Assembly: GCF_001194135.2 (NCBI RefSeq)
Contig: NC_068982.1
Location: 33,714,921-33,778,920, forward strand
Direction of reading: 5' to 3'
DNA length: 64,000 nucleotides
Source of the DNA: Octopus bimaculoides
Taxonomy: Eukaryota
Below, one piece after another: positions 27,384 to 40,570 of this stretch. Both the position numbers and the translations under genes were made by a program. Position 1 is the first letter of the stretch; each line of letters opens with the position of its first letter. Under the pieces are notes generated by a model. The model ran no database searches. It saw nothing but the letters and a program-made list of their open reading frames with translations, and was not told where the DNA came from.

Positions 27384-28831
27384 ATGCATGCATGCACACA
27401 CACACATACACACACACATGCATAAAATATAAAGGGAATCAGAAGATATGAGATGAATATATTTATATCACCAGTTGATATCCATAGGATGACAGGCATT
27501 TTGCAACCAGCATCATGCAAAAATAATTTTAGTGCATGCAGGCACGTGGTTTAGTGGTTGGCTCATGATTGTAAGGTTGTGAATTCAGTTCCCAGTGATG
27601 CATTGTGTCCTTGAGCAAGACACTTTATTTTATGTTGCTCCAGTCCACTCAGCTGGCAAAAATGAGTAGTACCTGGATTTCAAAAGGCCAGCTTTATCAC
27701 ATTCTGCATCACAATAATTTCCTGAGAATTATGTTATGGTTACGCATATCCGTGGATTGCTCTGCCACTTGCCTGTTAATTTCATAAGCAGGCTGTTCCA
27801 TTGATCAGATCAACTGGAACCCTCGTCGTTGTAACTGATGGAGTGTCACATGAATGCACTAATATGTATGCTATAAGTTGCATGGTACTGTTGTATGTAA
27901 CGGGGTCCACTAAAGATTTATTCTGATTACCACTGGATTATATGAATCCATATATTGTGCATTATGTATGTATGTGGTACAGACATGAATATGTGGTTAA
28001 TAATGTTCACTTTGAAACTTTGTGGTTTCAGATCCAGTCTTACTGTGTGATACCTGGGGCAAGTGTGATCTACTGTAGTCCTTGGCCACTGAAAGCCTTG
28101 CAAGTGAATTTAGTAGATGAAAACTGTAATGTGTGTGTGTGTGCTTGTATCTCTGAGTCTTGATATTTGTTTGCTAAGTGTAAACAAATTTGCTATTGAT
28201 ACACAGATGGTGTCATTTGTTTACAGTTTGTTATTGAAACGTGTTGCTATTGAGCTATTTTGTGTTCAAATATTACCATACTTGGGAACAGGTGATGGTT
28301 GACAACAGCAAGGGCACAGAAAATCTGCCTCAAAGAATTTCATGTTATCCATGCAAGTAACGAAGAGTAGACATAAAAATGACGAGATTTTGTGTGTGTG
28401 TGTTTAGCAACAGAGTGACTCAAGGGCCAAGAGTTTTGTCTGTTGCCACTTATCAAACCTTGTGTGTGTGTGTGTGTGTGTGTGTNNNNNNNNNNNNNNN
28501 NNNNNNNNNNNNNNNNNNNNNNNNNNNNNNNNNNNNNNNNNNNNNNNNNNNNNNNNNNNNNNNNNNNNNNNNNNNNNNNNNNNNNNNNNNNNNNNNNNNN
28601 NNNNNNNNNNNNNNNNNNNNNNNNNNNNNNNNNNNNNNNNNNNNNNNNNNNNNNNNNNNNNNNNNNNNNNNNNNNNNNNNNNNNNNNNNNNNNNNNNNNN
28701 NNNNNNNNNNNNNNNNNNNNNNNNNNNNNNNNNNNNNNNNNNNNNNNNNNNNNNNNNNNNNNNNNNNNNNNNNNNNNNNNNNNNNNNNNNNNNNNNNNNN
28801 NNNNNNNNNNNNNNNNNNNNNNNNNNNNNNN

Positions 28832-29205
28832 GATGGCATCTGTGCCCAGCGTCGCCTTTCTGGCACTTGTGCCAACGGCATGTGTAAGGACTTTCAAGCG
28901 AGATCGTTGCCAGTGCCCCTGGACTGGCTCTTGTGCAGGTGGCACATAAAATACACCATTTTGAGTGTGGCCGTTGCCAGTACCTCCTGACTGGCCTTCG
29001 TGCTGGTGGCACGTAAAAGCACCCACTACACTCTCGGAGTGGTTGGCATTAGGAAGGGCATCCAGCTGTAGAAACTCTGCCAAATCAGATTGGAGCCTGG
29101 TGTAGCCATCTGGTTTCACCAGTCCTCAGTCAAATCGTCCAACCCATGCTAGCATGGAAAGCGGACTTTAAACGACGATGATGATGATGTTGATGATGAT
29201 GATGA
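28832..29205 (+). mobile_element. RTE LINE 3'UTR or RTE-tailed SINE
   Basis: Nearly identical to the 3'UTR after the RTE stop codon at 40187. Ends cgtccaacccatgctagcatggaaagcggac...(GAT)n. Confidence 0.9.
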
Positions 29206-32200
29206 TTTATATATACTTATTTATATCGTTGTCATCGCTCCTACTTTCCATGCTTGCATGGGTCAGACAAATTTGGTTGAGGTGGATTTTTTAATATCTA
29301 GATACCCTTCCTATCACCCACCATCACCTGTACAGTAATATTTTCCCATGAATGGGCATGGTTTTCTTAGAAGTTTTGGTAACAAAGGACCCCATTTGCT
29401 TATATCTATCACACAATGTTAAGGTAAGGAGACAGTAACACATGCATGCACACACACATATACATGCATGCATACATAAACACACACATACGCACACACA
29501 TCATCATCATCATCAATCCATGATGGTATGGATTGGACTGCTTGACAAGAACTGGCAAGGCCAAGGGCTGTACCAGGTACCATAGTCTGTTTTGGTATGG
29601 TTTCTACAACTGGATGCCCTTCCTAACACAAACCACTTTACAGAGTGTACTAGGTGCTTTGTATGTGACACCAGCACCCATGCCTTTATGACAAACTGCT
29701 TTCAGTTTGAGTAGCAGTATATTTTCATATTTATAAATATAATTAAAAAAAAAAATACTTGTTGCAGCTTTTGACCAAAAACAAAAAAGTACCTTGTGTG
29801 GTGCTTGATAACAGACAACACCAAAAAGATGTTGATGATAATGATGATGCCTGCTGCACAGTTTTAAAGTAAACTGATTCACCTCTGTTTGCTGATGGCT
29901 TTTATTGAGCTTTCATTTCTGCAGTTAATACTTAAAAATCTGGCTGGTAGGATGCTAAAGCTGCTCCAGGAAAAATAGCACTGAAATCCATTATTATCTT
30001 GGGAGTGATGTCTTATAGCTTAGAGAGCTGCATGCAGTTTGGCCATTGTTGTTATAGATTAATATTAAAGAAAAATATGGTAAAAGTGAATGATATATAT
30101 ACGTGGTTTAGATTATTTCAATGAATCTACCACTGTGCATTTAACACACATACTTGTGTGTGTGTGTGTGTGTGTGTATGTGTGTGTGTCTGTGTTGCAT
30201 GTGTGTGTGTGTCTATGTATATATATGTATGTATATATGTGCATGTATATTTATGTATGTGTATATATATATAATATATATATATATGTATGTGTGTGTG
30301 TATATATCATCGTCATCGTCGTTTAACGTCCGCTTTCCATGCTAGCATGGGCTGGACGATTNNNNNNNNNNNNNNNNNNNNNNNNNNNNNNNNNNNNNNN
30401 NNNNNNNNNNNNNNNNNNNNNNNNNNNNNNNNNNNNNNNNNNNNNNNNNNNNNNNNNNNNNTCCTTCATCAGCTGCCACCATTAAAACACTGGCGTTTTG
30501 AAGAGTTAGGGATATATATATATATAACAGTTAACTGTTCTGTTATAGGTAGGATCATAAAAAAAAAGGAACTCCATCCAGTGAGAAAGAACTATTATTT
30601 AATGTACTGTATTAAAATAAGAGCTACTAATAGTTTCATGCCATGGAGACAAGGTAATTCGGCAACACACACACACACACACACACACAGATAGAAAGTT
30701 AAATCTTTCTAACATTAATCTAAAAACAAAATACCAATTTATCCAAACTTCTGTCTCAAACTGCAATGATTTACTTATTTAGCAATAAGTAATTTTAGTT
30801 CAAGTTGAATCAAGATTAACGACCAACTGAATATTGTGCAACTTGTGAATATAACTCCAGTAATGATATAAGCTTTGCATCTTTGTTTTTTATTGTGCTA
30901 ACATATATTTGCAATAGTTTACTTTCAACAGTTCAGTTAACAGTATTTATTTATCAAATACATTTAGAAATGTAATCAACTTAAAACAGAGCTTATGTAA
31001 TAAGCAAGAAGAATTGTTTTGGTAACATCCTTTGTACGTATTCGGATAAAATCTCATCGTCTTGGGCTAAAGTCTAAGAAGGTTACTCTACTTACAGTTA
31101 AATATTCTTGTGAAAGTCATAATTCTGTAAAAACAACTGTTAGCAATATATATATTAAAATAGCCTGTTATAAGCTGATCTGCAGACGAAATTTTTGAAT
31201 GGGTCCATCTACTTTTATGAAAAAGCTTCAATTCTGAGACTAAACAAAAAATCAAACTATGTCATTTATATGGCTATAAATACATTTTGGAGGTAGGAAA
31301 CTTTTGGTTTATATGAGATGTAATGTGAATTTTTTTTTTAAATTAAAACCAATGTTTTGGTATTCTAATATATATTTTCTTTTAGTACTTAATGAGAAAA
31401 TAGCCAATAATTTTTTTTTTTAATGTTTTGTTTAGTTTGTTTATATATTCTTTTAAGTAAAAAGTTCAGAAATTATATTAGACAAGAATTGTTTATGCAA
31501 ACAGTCTGATATAACCATTAAAACAGTTAAAATAAGAAAATCCAATGACAGTTTGTCCTAGAATTTCAGAATAAAAAATAACAGCTTCATAATGAACGCA
31601 ACAGAACAAAATGTCATCAGATATATTTTTAAAAATAATTCCTAAGAAAAACTTGATATAATTATTGCATTAAAATTTTTTGAAGAAAATTTAAAAACAA
31701 ACTATTCTATCAGCATCTTGCAATTTAAAAGAACACAACAAAAATTAGGTGATTTGGATTTAGAAATTTTAAATTATACTCAAATACAAGAAATAAAATA
31801 TTTACATTTTAATTCATAAAAATCTGAAATTCTTTTTCTTTTAGTTATTTGGTTCTTAATACTGAAAATGAGAATATTTTAAAATTTACCTTTTTTGTCC
31901 ATCATCAACCACAGAGAGAGGCAAGACCAAATGTTATCTGGTCATTTGATAGTTGAGAAATGAACTCCAATTTTCCTTTAGTAAAATATTTCTCTTCTCA
32001 CAGAGATCTGAATTCAAGAAAATATTTGAATTAGTAATGGCTAACAAAAGGATAATTAAAAATTTTTTTTCAAATATTCCTTTTCATAAAATAAGTTCTT
32101 CAAATTGAATATTCAGATCTCCAGCAAGAAATGCTAAAAACTAATGACACGTTTAAGAGAAAATAAACACCAAGTTGTAAATATTTTTGTTGATTAACAA

Positions 32201-33184
32201 TACATATAGAAAAAAACTTAGGTTTTTATCACAAATATCTTTTCATAAACTACCTTTCTGAGGTGGATCAAGTTGGTTTGTAAAATGGCTTCTTGACTAT
32301 TGTTTTCTAGCACTTTAAATATCTTAACTAAATCCTACTGAACTATCTTTTGTTGCTTCTTTTTTTTTTCTACACCAACCCCAAAACATTTCTTTATGAA
32401 GCTACTTTTTAGAACGCATTTTAATCACTTACTCATAAATACCAAAACCTCCCACCAAATAAGATCGTGTTTCTAATCCCCTGTCACCTTCTTTGCTTAA
32501 ACAATTAACAACAGGTCATATTTATTCAGAAGCTTCTTTAAATTATTCTAAGTTTTAACCAAAATATTTTTAATATTCCCAGTACTACTAAACCTATTTG
32601 AATAACAAAACAAAGTGCTACTGTAGAGAGATCATCAATATAAAATGTCTGATATGTTAACAAAATCAACTGAAGTTGTACAGCTTGACTAAACCAATAT
32701 TATTCACTGGTTTGAAAAGCTACCAGAATCATTAGAATGTCAGACAAAATGTAAAGCAGCATTTTTTCTGACTCTTTGTCCTGAGTTCAAATTCCAGGGA
32801 GGTTGACTTTGCTTTTCACCCTTTCAGGGTTGGTAAAATAAAGTACTGGTAAAGTACTGGGGTTGAAGTAATGGATTTTCCTCCTTCCCTAAAGTTGCTG
32901 ACCTTGTGCTAAAATTTGAAACTATTATTATTATTCAGTAGTCTTATTTTTTCATGAATATTCAATTATTCAATTCACTGATGGTAATGGAACCAGAATA
33001 ATTTGTAGGAGCAATTATATCATGCTAATTGCTTCACAGGTCACTAGGCTTGGCAAACAATGTACAATAATATAGCAGCTGATGACCTCAATACAGTTTT
33101 TATACACACCTACATGATTCACTGTGTAGCAATAAAGTCAATCTTAAGACTCAAGATATGTCATCATCCTCATAATGATCATCA

Positions 33185-33480
33185 TCATTTTAGGTTCATT
33201 TTCCAATGCTTGATAGAATAAATGAGTCATCTCCAGTGCAACATCTTGCCCCTTTTTTGTGGTCCCTTGTATTCTTCTTTGCAATGTTCAACCTTCTAAG
33301 ATTGCACCCAAGTTTCTCCCAATCTTTCCAGACATGACTTTTAACTTCTATGGTTCTATTTTCTATTTCGTTCCATCACCATGCCATCAATCCATCTAGC
33401 TAGTACCTTACCCCATCTGTAGATCCAGTATGTGGCTGGCAGCAGACTCACTCATAGAAACCCCACTCAGTTTACCTCAA
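33185..33480 (-). pseudogene. Decayed RTE LINE C-terminus and 3' tail
   Basis: Minus-strand fragments RTIEVKSHV...NLRRLNIAKKNTRDHKK resemble the RTE end seen intact at 40005-40187. Degenerate (GAT)n tail at about 33185. Confidence 0.5.
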
Positions 33481-33507
33481 CATTATCACTCACTCACACA
33501 CTCCCCT

Positions 33508-33552
<45 letters not shown>

Positions 33553-33599
33553 CTTCATGTCATACATATCAACTACTATTTCTTTGAACACATCTGATT

Positions 33600-33900
33600 G
33601 AGGACCCTTTCAGCTTCCGTAAATCTCACAAGACTGTCTTGCTGCCTGGAGTTCAGGTTGTTGATAACTAGTCTATGTTGAGATATATATTATTCATCAG
33701 AGAAACATTTAACATTCCCAATTAGTAGCTTCTTCTGTCCCTGTAGAGTAAGAAGTTTATTTGGCTATCATGTTCACTTAATTTGTAGATGATCAGGTGG
33801 TTGGCCAATTTTTTGAGGTTAATGTTGCAAATGGTTAAGGTATTTACATCACGGAACTACAAGAGCCTTTATCCCCACCTTCCATCTGTCATATTGTATC
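33600..33900 (-). pseudogene. RTE LINE apurinic endonuclease remnant
   Basis: G*RLL*F..NTLTICNIN.KKLANHLIIYK...SQINFLLYRDRR and GNVKCFSDE*YISQHRLVI match the RTE EN consensus (RLLEFC..N.L.ICNT.FKK..SHLITY..; SQHRL). Confidence 0.75.
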
Positions 33901-34115
33901 AATAGTTTCCATGTACACTGGAAGAACCATCTTCGTGTCACCTGACATGTCCATTAAAGTCATGAGCTATGATAAGATGAGGTCACTATCTTTTGTTATT
34001 AATGTGTACATGTTCATAAATATGTTAATTGCATACATTAAAAAAAAAAACATTTCAAACAAATTATGCTAATTCAATGTCTTGATACTAAATGTGTAAT
34101 CAGCAAAATGCAAAA

Positions 34116-34156
<41 letters not shown>

Positions 34157-34323
34157 TGGTGAATTGATCGCAGATTTGAGATCAGAGTGACCTTCTACTA
34201 GTCTAGTTGCTCAAAAGCTACAGAGCCCAGACTGCCCTATGAGTAAGTAGATGCTAATAGTGCACATCAACTAAGGAGACAGTCAGCAAACACAAATCTG
34301 ATTTTTTATCAGANNNNNNNNNN

Positions 34324-34371
<48 letters not shown>

Positions 34372-35989
34372 CACACAAACACATGAAGAAGGATACTTGA
34401 AAGCATCTAATCATGGGTTATAATACAGATACTAAGAATGTAAATATAAATATAAACATTGGATCTCTTAGTATCATCATCATCATCATCGTTTAACGTC
34501 CGCTTTCCATGCTAGCATGGGTTGGACGATTTGACTGAGGACTGGTGAAACCGGATGGCAACACCAGGCTCCATGAACTAAAATGATATGATTAAAAAAA
34601 AAACATTTCTCTCTTACTCATTTTTTAATCATCTGGTTGTGGTCATACTGGGGCAAAGGCTATATTTAAAAGCTCATAACAAAAACATCAAGATTACTAT
34701 TAAGCCCACCATTAATCACCATTAACTAATTCATAAATAGTCATACATATTAGCACTAGAAACATTTTTTAATATTGCTGGATTAAACAGCTTTTGAAAA
34801 CCAAATAACAAAGTCATGTATTTGAACTGTGTTTTTTTTTTAATCTTTTTCTTTTATATTAAATGTCAGTACAAATGAATATAAAATTCTTTTCATCTTT
34901 GAAAACTTCCTTCTTTCTCTCTTTCTTTTATATTCACAATAGATATATTCTTGGGGCTTGAAATAATGTTCAAGTAATTACTTGTTTGTTTATATTATGG
35001 TCACATGAACTTCATTTTAAAAAATATACATACATACAAAAAAAAGAAGATAGAAACATGTGATAATATCATTAAATGCTAACACAACAGAATTTACCAG
35101 CCTGATTATTATAGTAACTAGTACATGACCTCTCGATTTACAAACAGAATAAATAATATTTGCTCCTTTGAAATATAGCTTAAATAAATAAATTTAAAAA
35201 AAGACAACACAATTTTGAAATATATATATAAGTAAATGACATCCTCCGGTCACAAATGACTATGGGATTGCACTTTGAAGGTTCCCCTCTGAGGAACAAA
35301 TCCTGGCTAGGTTGTTTACGAAAGACCAGCAGTCACTCATGTATACCAGCCTCTTCTCTCCACACCACTGTTGTTGTCCAAGGGAAAGGGAAAGGCCAAA
35401 GCAGCTTGGCGCCAGTGATGTTATAACTCATTTCTACAGCTGAGTGGACTGGGACAATGAAAATAAAGAACACAACACACAGCCCAGTCCAAGAATTGAA
35501 CTCATAACCCCACAATTGTAAGCCCAATGCTCTAACCACTGAGGCATGCATCTTCACACACACAGATGCACATACATACATATATTATATCAAGATTATC
35601 ATTATCTACATGATTCCAGGCCTTGCTGCTGTACCAAAGACATGGGTCTTCACTCCTATCAATATTAAATTAATGACCCTATGGACCTCCCAGTTTCTGA
35701 AGGTACAGCATCCACAGCACCCATCACATAAGAGAATGATGAACATGTTATACAGTGTCTAGCACATGTAATCCTAGCAAAGCACATTCCTTTCCAGATC
35801 TAACAATAGCCAATTTCGTCCAGAGAGAGGGAAGGGGAAGAGATAGCAACTTATGTTTTATTTATTGACCCAAAGAGAATGAAAAGCAAAGCTAAACAGC
35901 ATGACTTGAACTCACACTACAAAGAGCTGAAATCAGGCATTTTATCCAATACCCAAACAACTCTGCCAATTTGCATGCATACATATATA

Positions 35990-36219
35990 TTATTTCTTTA
36001 CTACCCACAAGGGGCTACACACAGAGGGGACAAACAAGGACAGACAAACGGATTAAGTCGATTATATCGACCCCAGTACGTAACTGGTACTTAGTTAATC
36101 AACCCCGAAAGAATGAAAGGCAAAGTCGACCTCGGCAGAATTTGAACTCAGAACGTAGCGGCAGATGAAATACTGCTAAGCATTTCGCCCGGCGTGCTAA
36201 CGTTTCTGCCAGCTCGCCG
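35990..36219 (-). mobile_element. tRNA-derived SINE, family B
   Basis: Reverse-complement near-identity to 41764-41994. Sits between (TA)n tracts. Confidence 0.92.
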
Positions 36220-36351
36220 TATATATATATATATATATATATATTACACACACACATACACACAGAAAGGAAAAGAGAGAGAGTGATGTGAAGGTTATTT
36301 TTTGTTTGTTTGTTTTCTTGTATTTTTTTTTCTTAGTGGGGGTTTGCTAAT

Positions 36352-36644
36352 TAATCGTCCGTCCTCCACTTCAGCTTTGTTATTATTCTCATTTTAGTGT
36401 CCTTTGAAATCTTTCATCACACATCCTGTGACCTCTGAGGCAACTCCCCATCCTATATGTCTCCTCCTGTCCTGTTTAGTCCAGAGGATGGAGTAAACAA
36501 GGACAAGAGTGTGACGAAAGATTTCCAGACAAAGGACACTAAAATAAGAACAACAATAAAGCTGAAGTGAAGAACGAATATATAGTGTATGTGGTTAATT
36601 TGGGGGGAAAAAGAGAAACTGACCATCCCGAAATATAACAATAT
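36352..36644. mobile_element. Foldback MITE with internal inverted arms of about 70 bp
   Basis: 36352-36424 is the inverted complement of 36509-36580. Right end gaccatcccgaaatataacaatat matches the 25475-25724 element. Confidence 0.75.
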
Positions 36645-37756
36645 TACAAGTAATCTAATAGAAAACATAAATGTAAAGTAGGCATTCATCCCAAATCATT
36701 TATTTTTCCATAGCATGAACACACATGGACAAGTATATGATAAAGTAGCATTCATTATTAAGGAATCCCTTCTTTCTATATAGACAGTGTAATTTACATT
36801 TAATAAATAATTTAAAAGCAAATGTTTTTCAAAGGGCCAAAGAAAAGTCAAAGAAAAAAAACAAAGAAAAAAGGGATCATTTTAATTTATGCTTTTATGA
36901 TACAAAGTAGGACATCCACAAATCTGTTTGTTGTTCTTATCACTTTTCTCAGCTGAAATGTTAATAACTAATTTAGAAGTCCAAAAGTATGCACTTAGCA
37001 AAATTTCCTTTACAGCCAGAAAAGCCTCACATGTTTCTTTTTTTCAGTTATTTCTAATCTTTCTTTAATCATATTTTTTTATTTTTTATTTATCTCTCTA
37101 TCACACAGATCTAATGAACTGAATTATTTTGATGCAAACATTAGATAAGCCATGTGAACAGATCAAAAGGTAAAAAAAAGGCAATATTGTGTTATGTCAC
37201 TGGGAATAACATTTATGATGGCTTCCCACTTAGAACGACATCCAAGTCCGAAAAATACTGCAGGCTTTTTTGCTTTTTATTTTTTTCTCTCACTCTCTTT
37301 TCCTTTTAACTTCTCAAACAAAACAAAAAAAATACAAAGCAGTTCTAAATTAAACTCTTCATTTAAATAACAAGAAAACCAGAAATTACAACTAACACAG
37401 ACTTTTCAAGAACTACAAAGATTCCTAAAACTGATTCTGCAGCATTAGATGGTTTAAAGACACAACTACACTCTGGATAGATGACTAGCCTGTCTACTGT
37501 GGTTATGGATAACTTGCCCAGAATACCTGTTGTCTTTTCTCCAGCTAGATAAATAGGGTCAAAATTCCTTCAAGCCCCAAGTATTTCAGGTATTTTTTTT
37601 TTTAATCTTTTACTTGTTTCAGTCATTAGACTACAGTCATGCTGGGGCAAAAAAAAGGTAAAAGATCCTTCTTAGTCTTATAAACTCATAGGGCCAGTTT
37701 CATGGTTTCTGTGATGTACATATTCCCCGCTATGGACAGGACACTCACACAGCCAC

Positions 37757-38041
37757 TGTGTAGTATTGCGATATAACAGTGGCGACGAGGTTTCGAATAG
37801 TACCGAAATAGAAGAGAAAACCTACAGAAATGAAGGAAATTAACGCTAAGAGAAAAAGATATGCCAGTTTCTCACCGAGGAAATAAAATTGATAAATTTG
37901 GGTTTAAAAAACTCAAAAGGGGGAGGTGTTGTGTCAACGCCCCCCAGACGATGAAGTAGGCTAGCCCAATACGTAGATATAGAGGGAGAAGTCTCGATGT
38001 TGAGCAGTTGAGTAGAGGTTATCCGAACGTGCAATAAAACA
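37757..38041 (+). mobile_element. Miniature LTR-retrotransposon derivative (TRIM-like, Gypsy-type signals)
   Basis: ...ataaca followed by PBS-like gTGGCGACGAGG (37780-37790), about 135-bp internal region, PPT AAAAGGGGGAGG (37915-37926), then TGTTG...AATAAAACA LTR-like unit (37927-38041). Confidence 0.65.
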
Positions 38042-40004
38042 TGATAATAATGATGAACTGCACCTATAATTCAAAGAGCCAGCCTCATCATATGCTGTGT
38101 CACATTCAATCTGTCTATGCCAAGAGTACATGTGTCTATGGAGTACTTAGTGTAAGCATGTTTATACAATAGATAGGTAGTTCCATTCTTTCAGCAGTCT
38201 GAGTAGAAAAATTCATGTGCATTTTTTAAAATTATTAATTAATGCAGCAGATGTCACTTTTGTTCCTACAGTTGATGTATGTTAAAAATTGATTTGCTAT
38301 TTTACCTATTTTGACAAGCTGAAATTTTATTAGTCACTGTTTTACCAATTGTTGAACATTGGGGTGGAGGGAAGGGGAGAGTGGAAGGTAAGAGAGGGTG
38401 GAAGAGAGGAAGAGGGAAGGAAGGAGGCTGGATAGATGGATAGAAGGGAAGCATGGGAAAGGGAAAATATAAGTAAAGAGGAATATAGAAACAATGTAGC
38501 ATTTTAGGGAAATGGTCAGAAAGAAAGAAATGACGAAAGGGTGGGTTAATACTAAAATTTAAACCATTATTCAGTGACCATGGAGAAGGTGAAAGTGGTT
38601 ATAACAATTGAGTTAGTTGTCTTCGAAGAGTAGATAGAAAGTTAGGATGGAAATAGCAGCACATACCAAACATAGAAATGACTAAACAAATATACTGTAT
38701 ATGAATAGAGTTGAGAGAAAAATCATCCATTTGAAGAATTTGAAACCAACTAACAGCTGTTAGATAATAATATTCAGTTAGAGACGCCTCCTAGCTTTCC
38801 TAGAGCCAATATATTTTCCATCAGCAGATAAACACCTCTCAGAGACAACAAAAGAGTTACCATTGATATGTGTAGAAATATGCCAAGCAAAGATATTATT
38901 ATTCCAACAAGTTTGTAAGCAACAAAGTAACAAAATTACATTTTATGACAGCTAACTTGTAGAAAGTAAAAGAATTATTTTGAACTGGTTATTATAGCAG
39001 TGTGTGTGATAAAAGGAAAACTTATAATTATTTAGTACAAATTCTAAAAGATAAAACAGATATCCATCTGTCAACTTAAACAGAAACACTATATGTCATG
39101 ATAAATTTTAATTTACTAAGACAAGAATAATTGCATGTTGCATTTTATATTAATCAAAATAGGTAAGCTCAGTTCTTTTGGAAAGACCAGATTACAGGTG
39201 TTATGCCATAGCATAACTATCATTGTTAAATTGTATGCAACAAGAATGCTGAGTATGTACATCATACAGAATACGTGAAATAAAATATAACCCCAGATGA
39301 CAAATATAAGATTTTTAGGCCAGGAACCTAAAAATAATTACTGTAAATAAATTCAAGAAATCTATAAATAACACACACAAAAAAAATTTTTTTTAAAGCA
39401 ACGATCAGGTTGTTCCCATAGGTAAAAGTATGTTTCACAAAGATGTTTAAACGTACTTTCCCTTTGTTTAAGCTTAATTTTTTCTCGGATTACAATGAAG
39501 AGGAAATCTATCCTATCTTTTACACACTTTACAAATATTGACAGGAGTCAATGCACCAGGCAATTTTTTTTTTTGGGGGGGGGGGTATATATGACCTGTC
39601 TTGCACTCACATGAGGACATACATTAAAGAATACTTAGAAAAAAAAAGAAAAAGAATGTTACTGAGGTTGGGGCAAATACAATAAAAATGGTGCCAATAT
39701 TTAGAGATAATGACAAGTGTTGAGAAGAGTAGCACATCTCAATTCTCTACGGAGAGAAAATTAGCTTCAAAACTCGAATCAGTTGACATCTAATACGTTC
39801 ATAAATATTGTAAATACTTGGTCAAGAGTTTAAATTAAGAACCTGGGTGCCACACAGTTTGTCAGATGATAACATTGGAAAGATTATGCAAATATTTGCA
39901 TATTCCTATGCTATTCACGAACATCACACTCCATTTGTTTAACTGATAATTTAAATTCATTTACCTATATCTATCTACACATATATATATATATATATAT
40001 ATAT

Positions 40005-40570
40005 AGCTGCGTGATAAAGTGCCACACCCTAACAGTTGAGGGAACCCGTGGAAGAGGTAGGCCCAGGAAGACCTGGGCTAAGGTGGTGAGGCAAGACCTT
40101 CATACATTGGGCCTCACCGAGGCGATGACTACTGACCGAGACCTTTGGAAATGTGCTGTGCGTGAGAAGACCCGGCAAGCCAAGTAAGATCGTTGCCAGT
40201 GCCCCTGGACTGGTTCTTGTGCGGGTGGCACATGAGATGCACCATTTTGAGCGTGGACGTTGCCAGTGCCCCTGGACTGGCTTGTGCGGGNNNNNNNNNN
40301 NNNNNNNNNNNNNNNNNNNNNNNNNNNNNNNNNNNNNNNNNNNACACCATTTCGAGCGTGGCCGTTTTCGTGCGGGTGACACGTAAAAGCACCCACTACA
40401 CTCTCTGAGTGGTTGGCGTTAGGAAGGGCATCCAGCTGTAGAAACTCTGCCAAATTAGACTGGAGCCTGGTGTTGCCATCCGGTTTCACCAGTCCTCAGT
40501 CAAATCGTCCAACCCATGCTAGCATGGAAAGCGGACGTATAACGATGATGATGATGATGATGATGATGAT
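40005..40570 (+). mobile_element. 5'-truncated RTE LINE with intact ORF C-terminus, 3'UTR and (GAT)n tail
   Basis: 40005-40187 reads SCVIKCHTLTVEGTRGRGRPRKTWAKVVRQDLHTLGLTEAMTTDRDLWKCAVREKTRQAK*, the canonical RTE VEG.R.RGRPRKTW...DR..W end. Confidence 0.92.
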
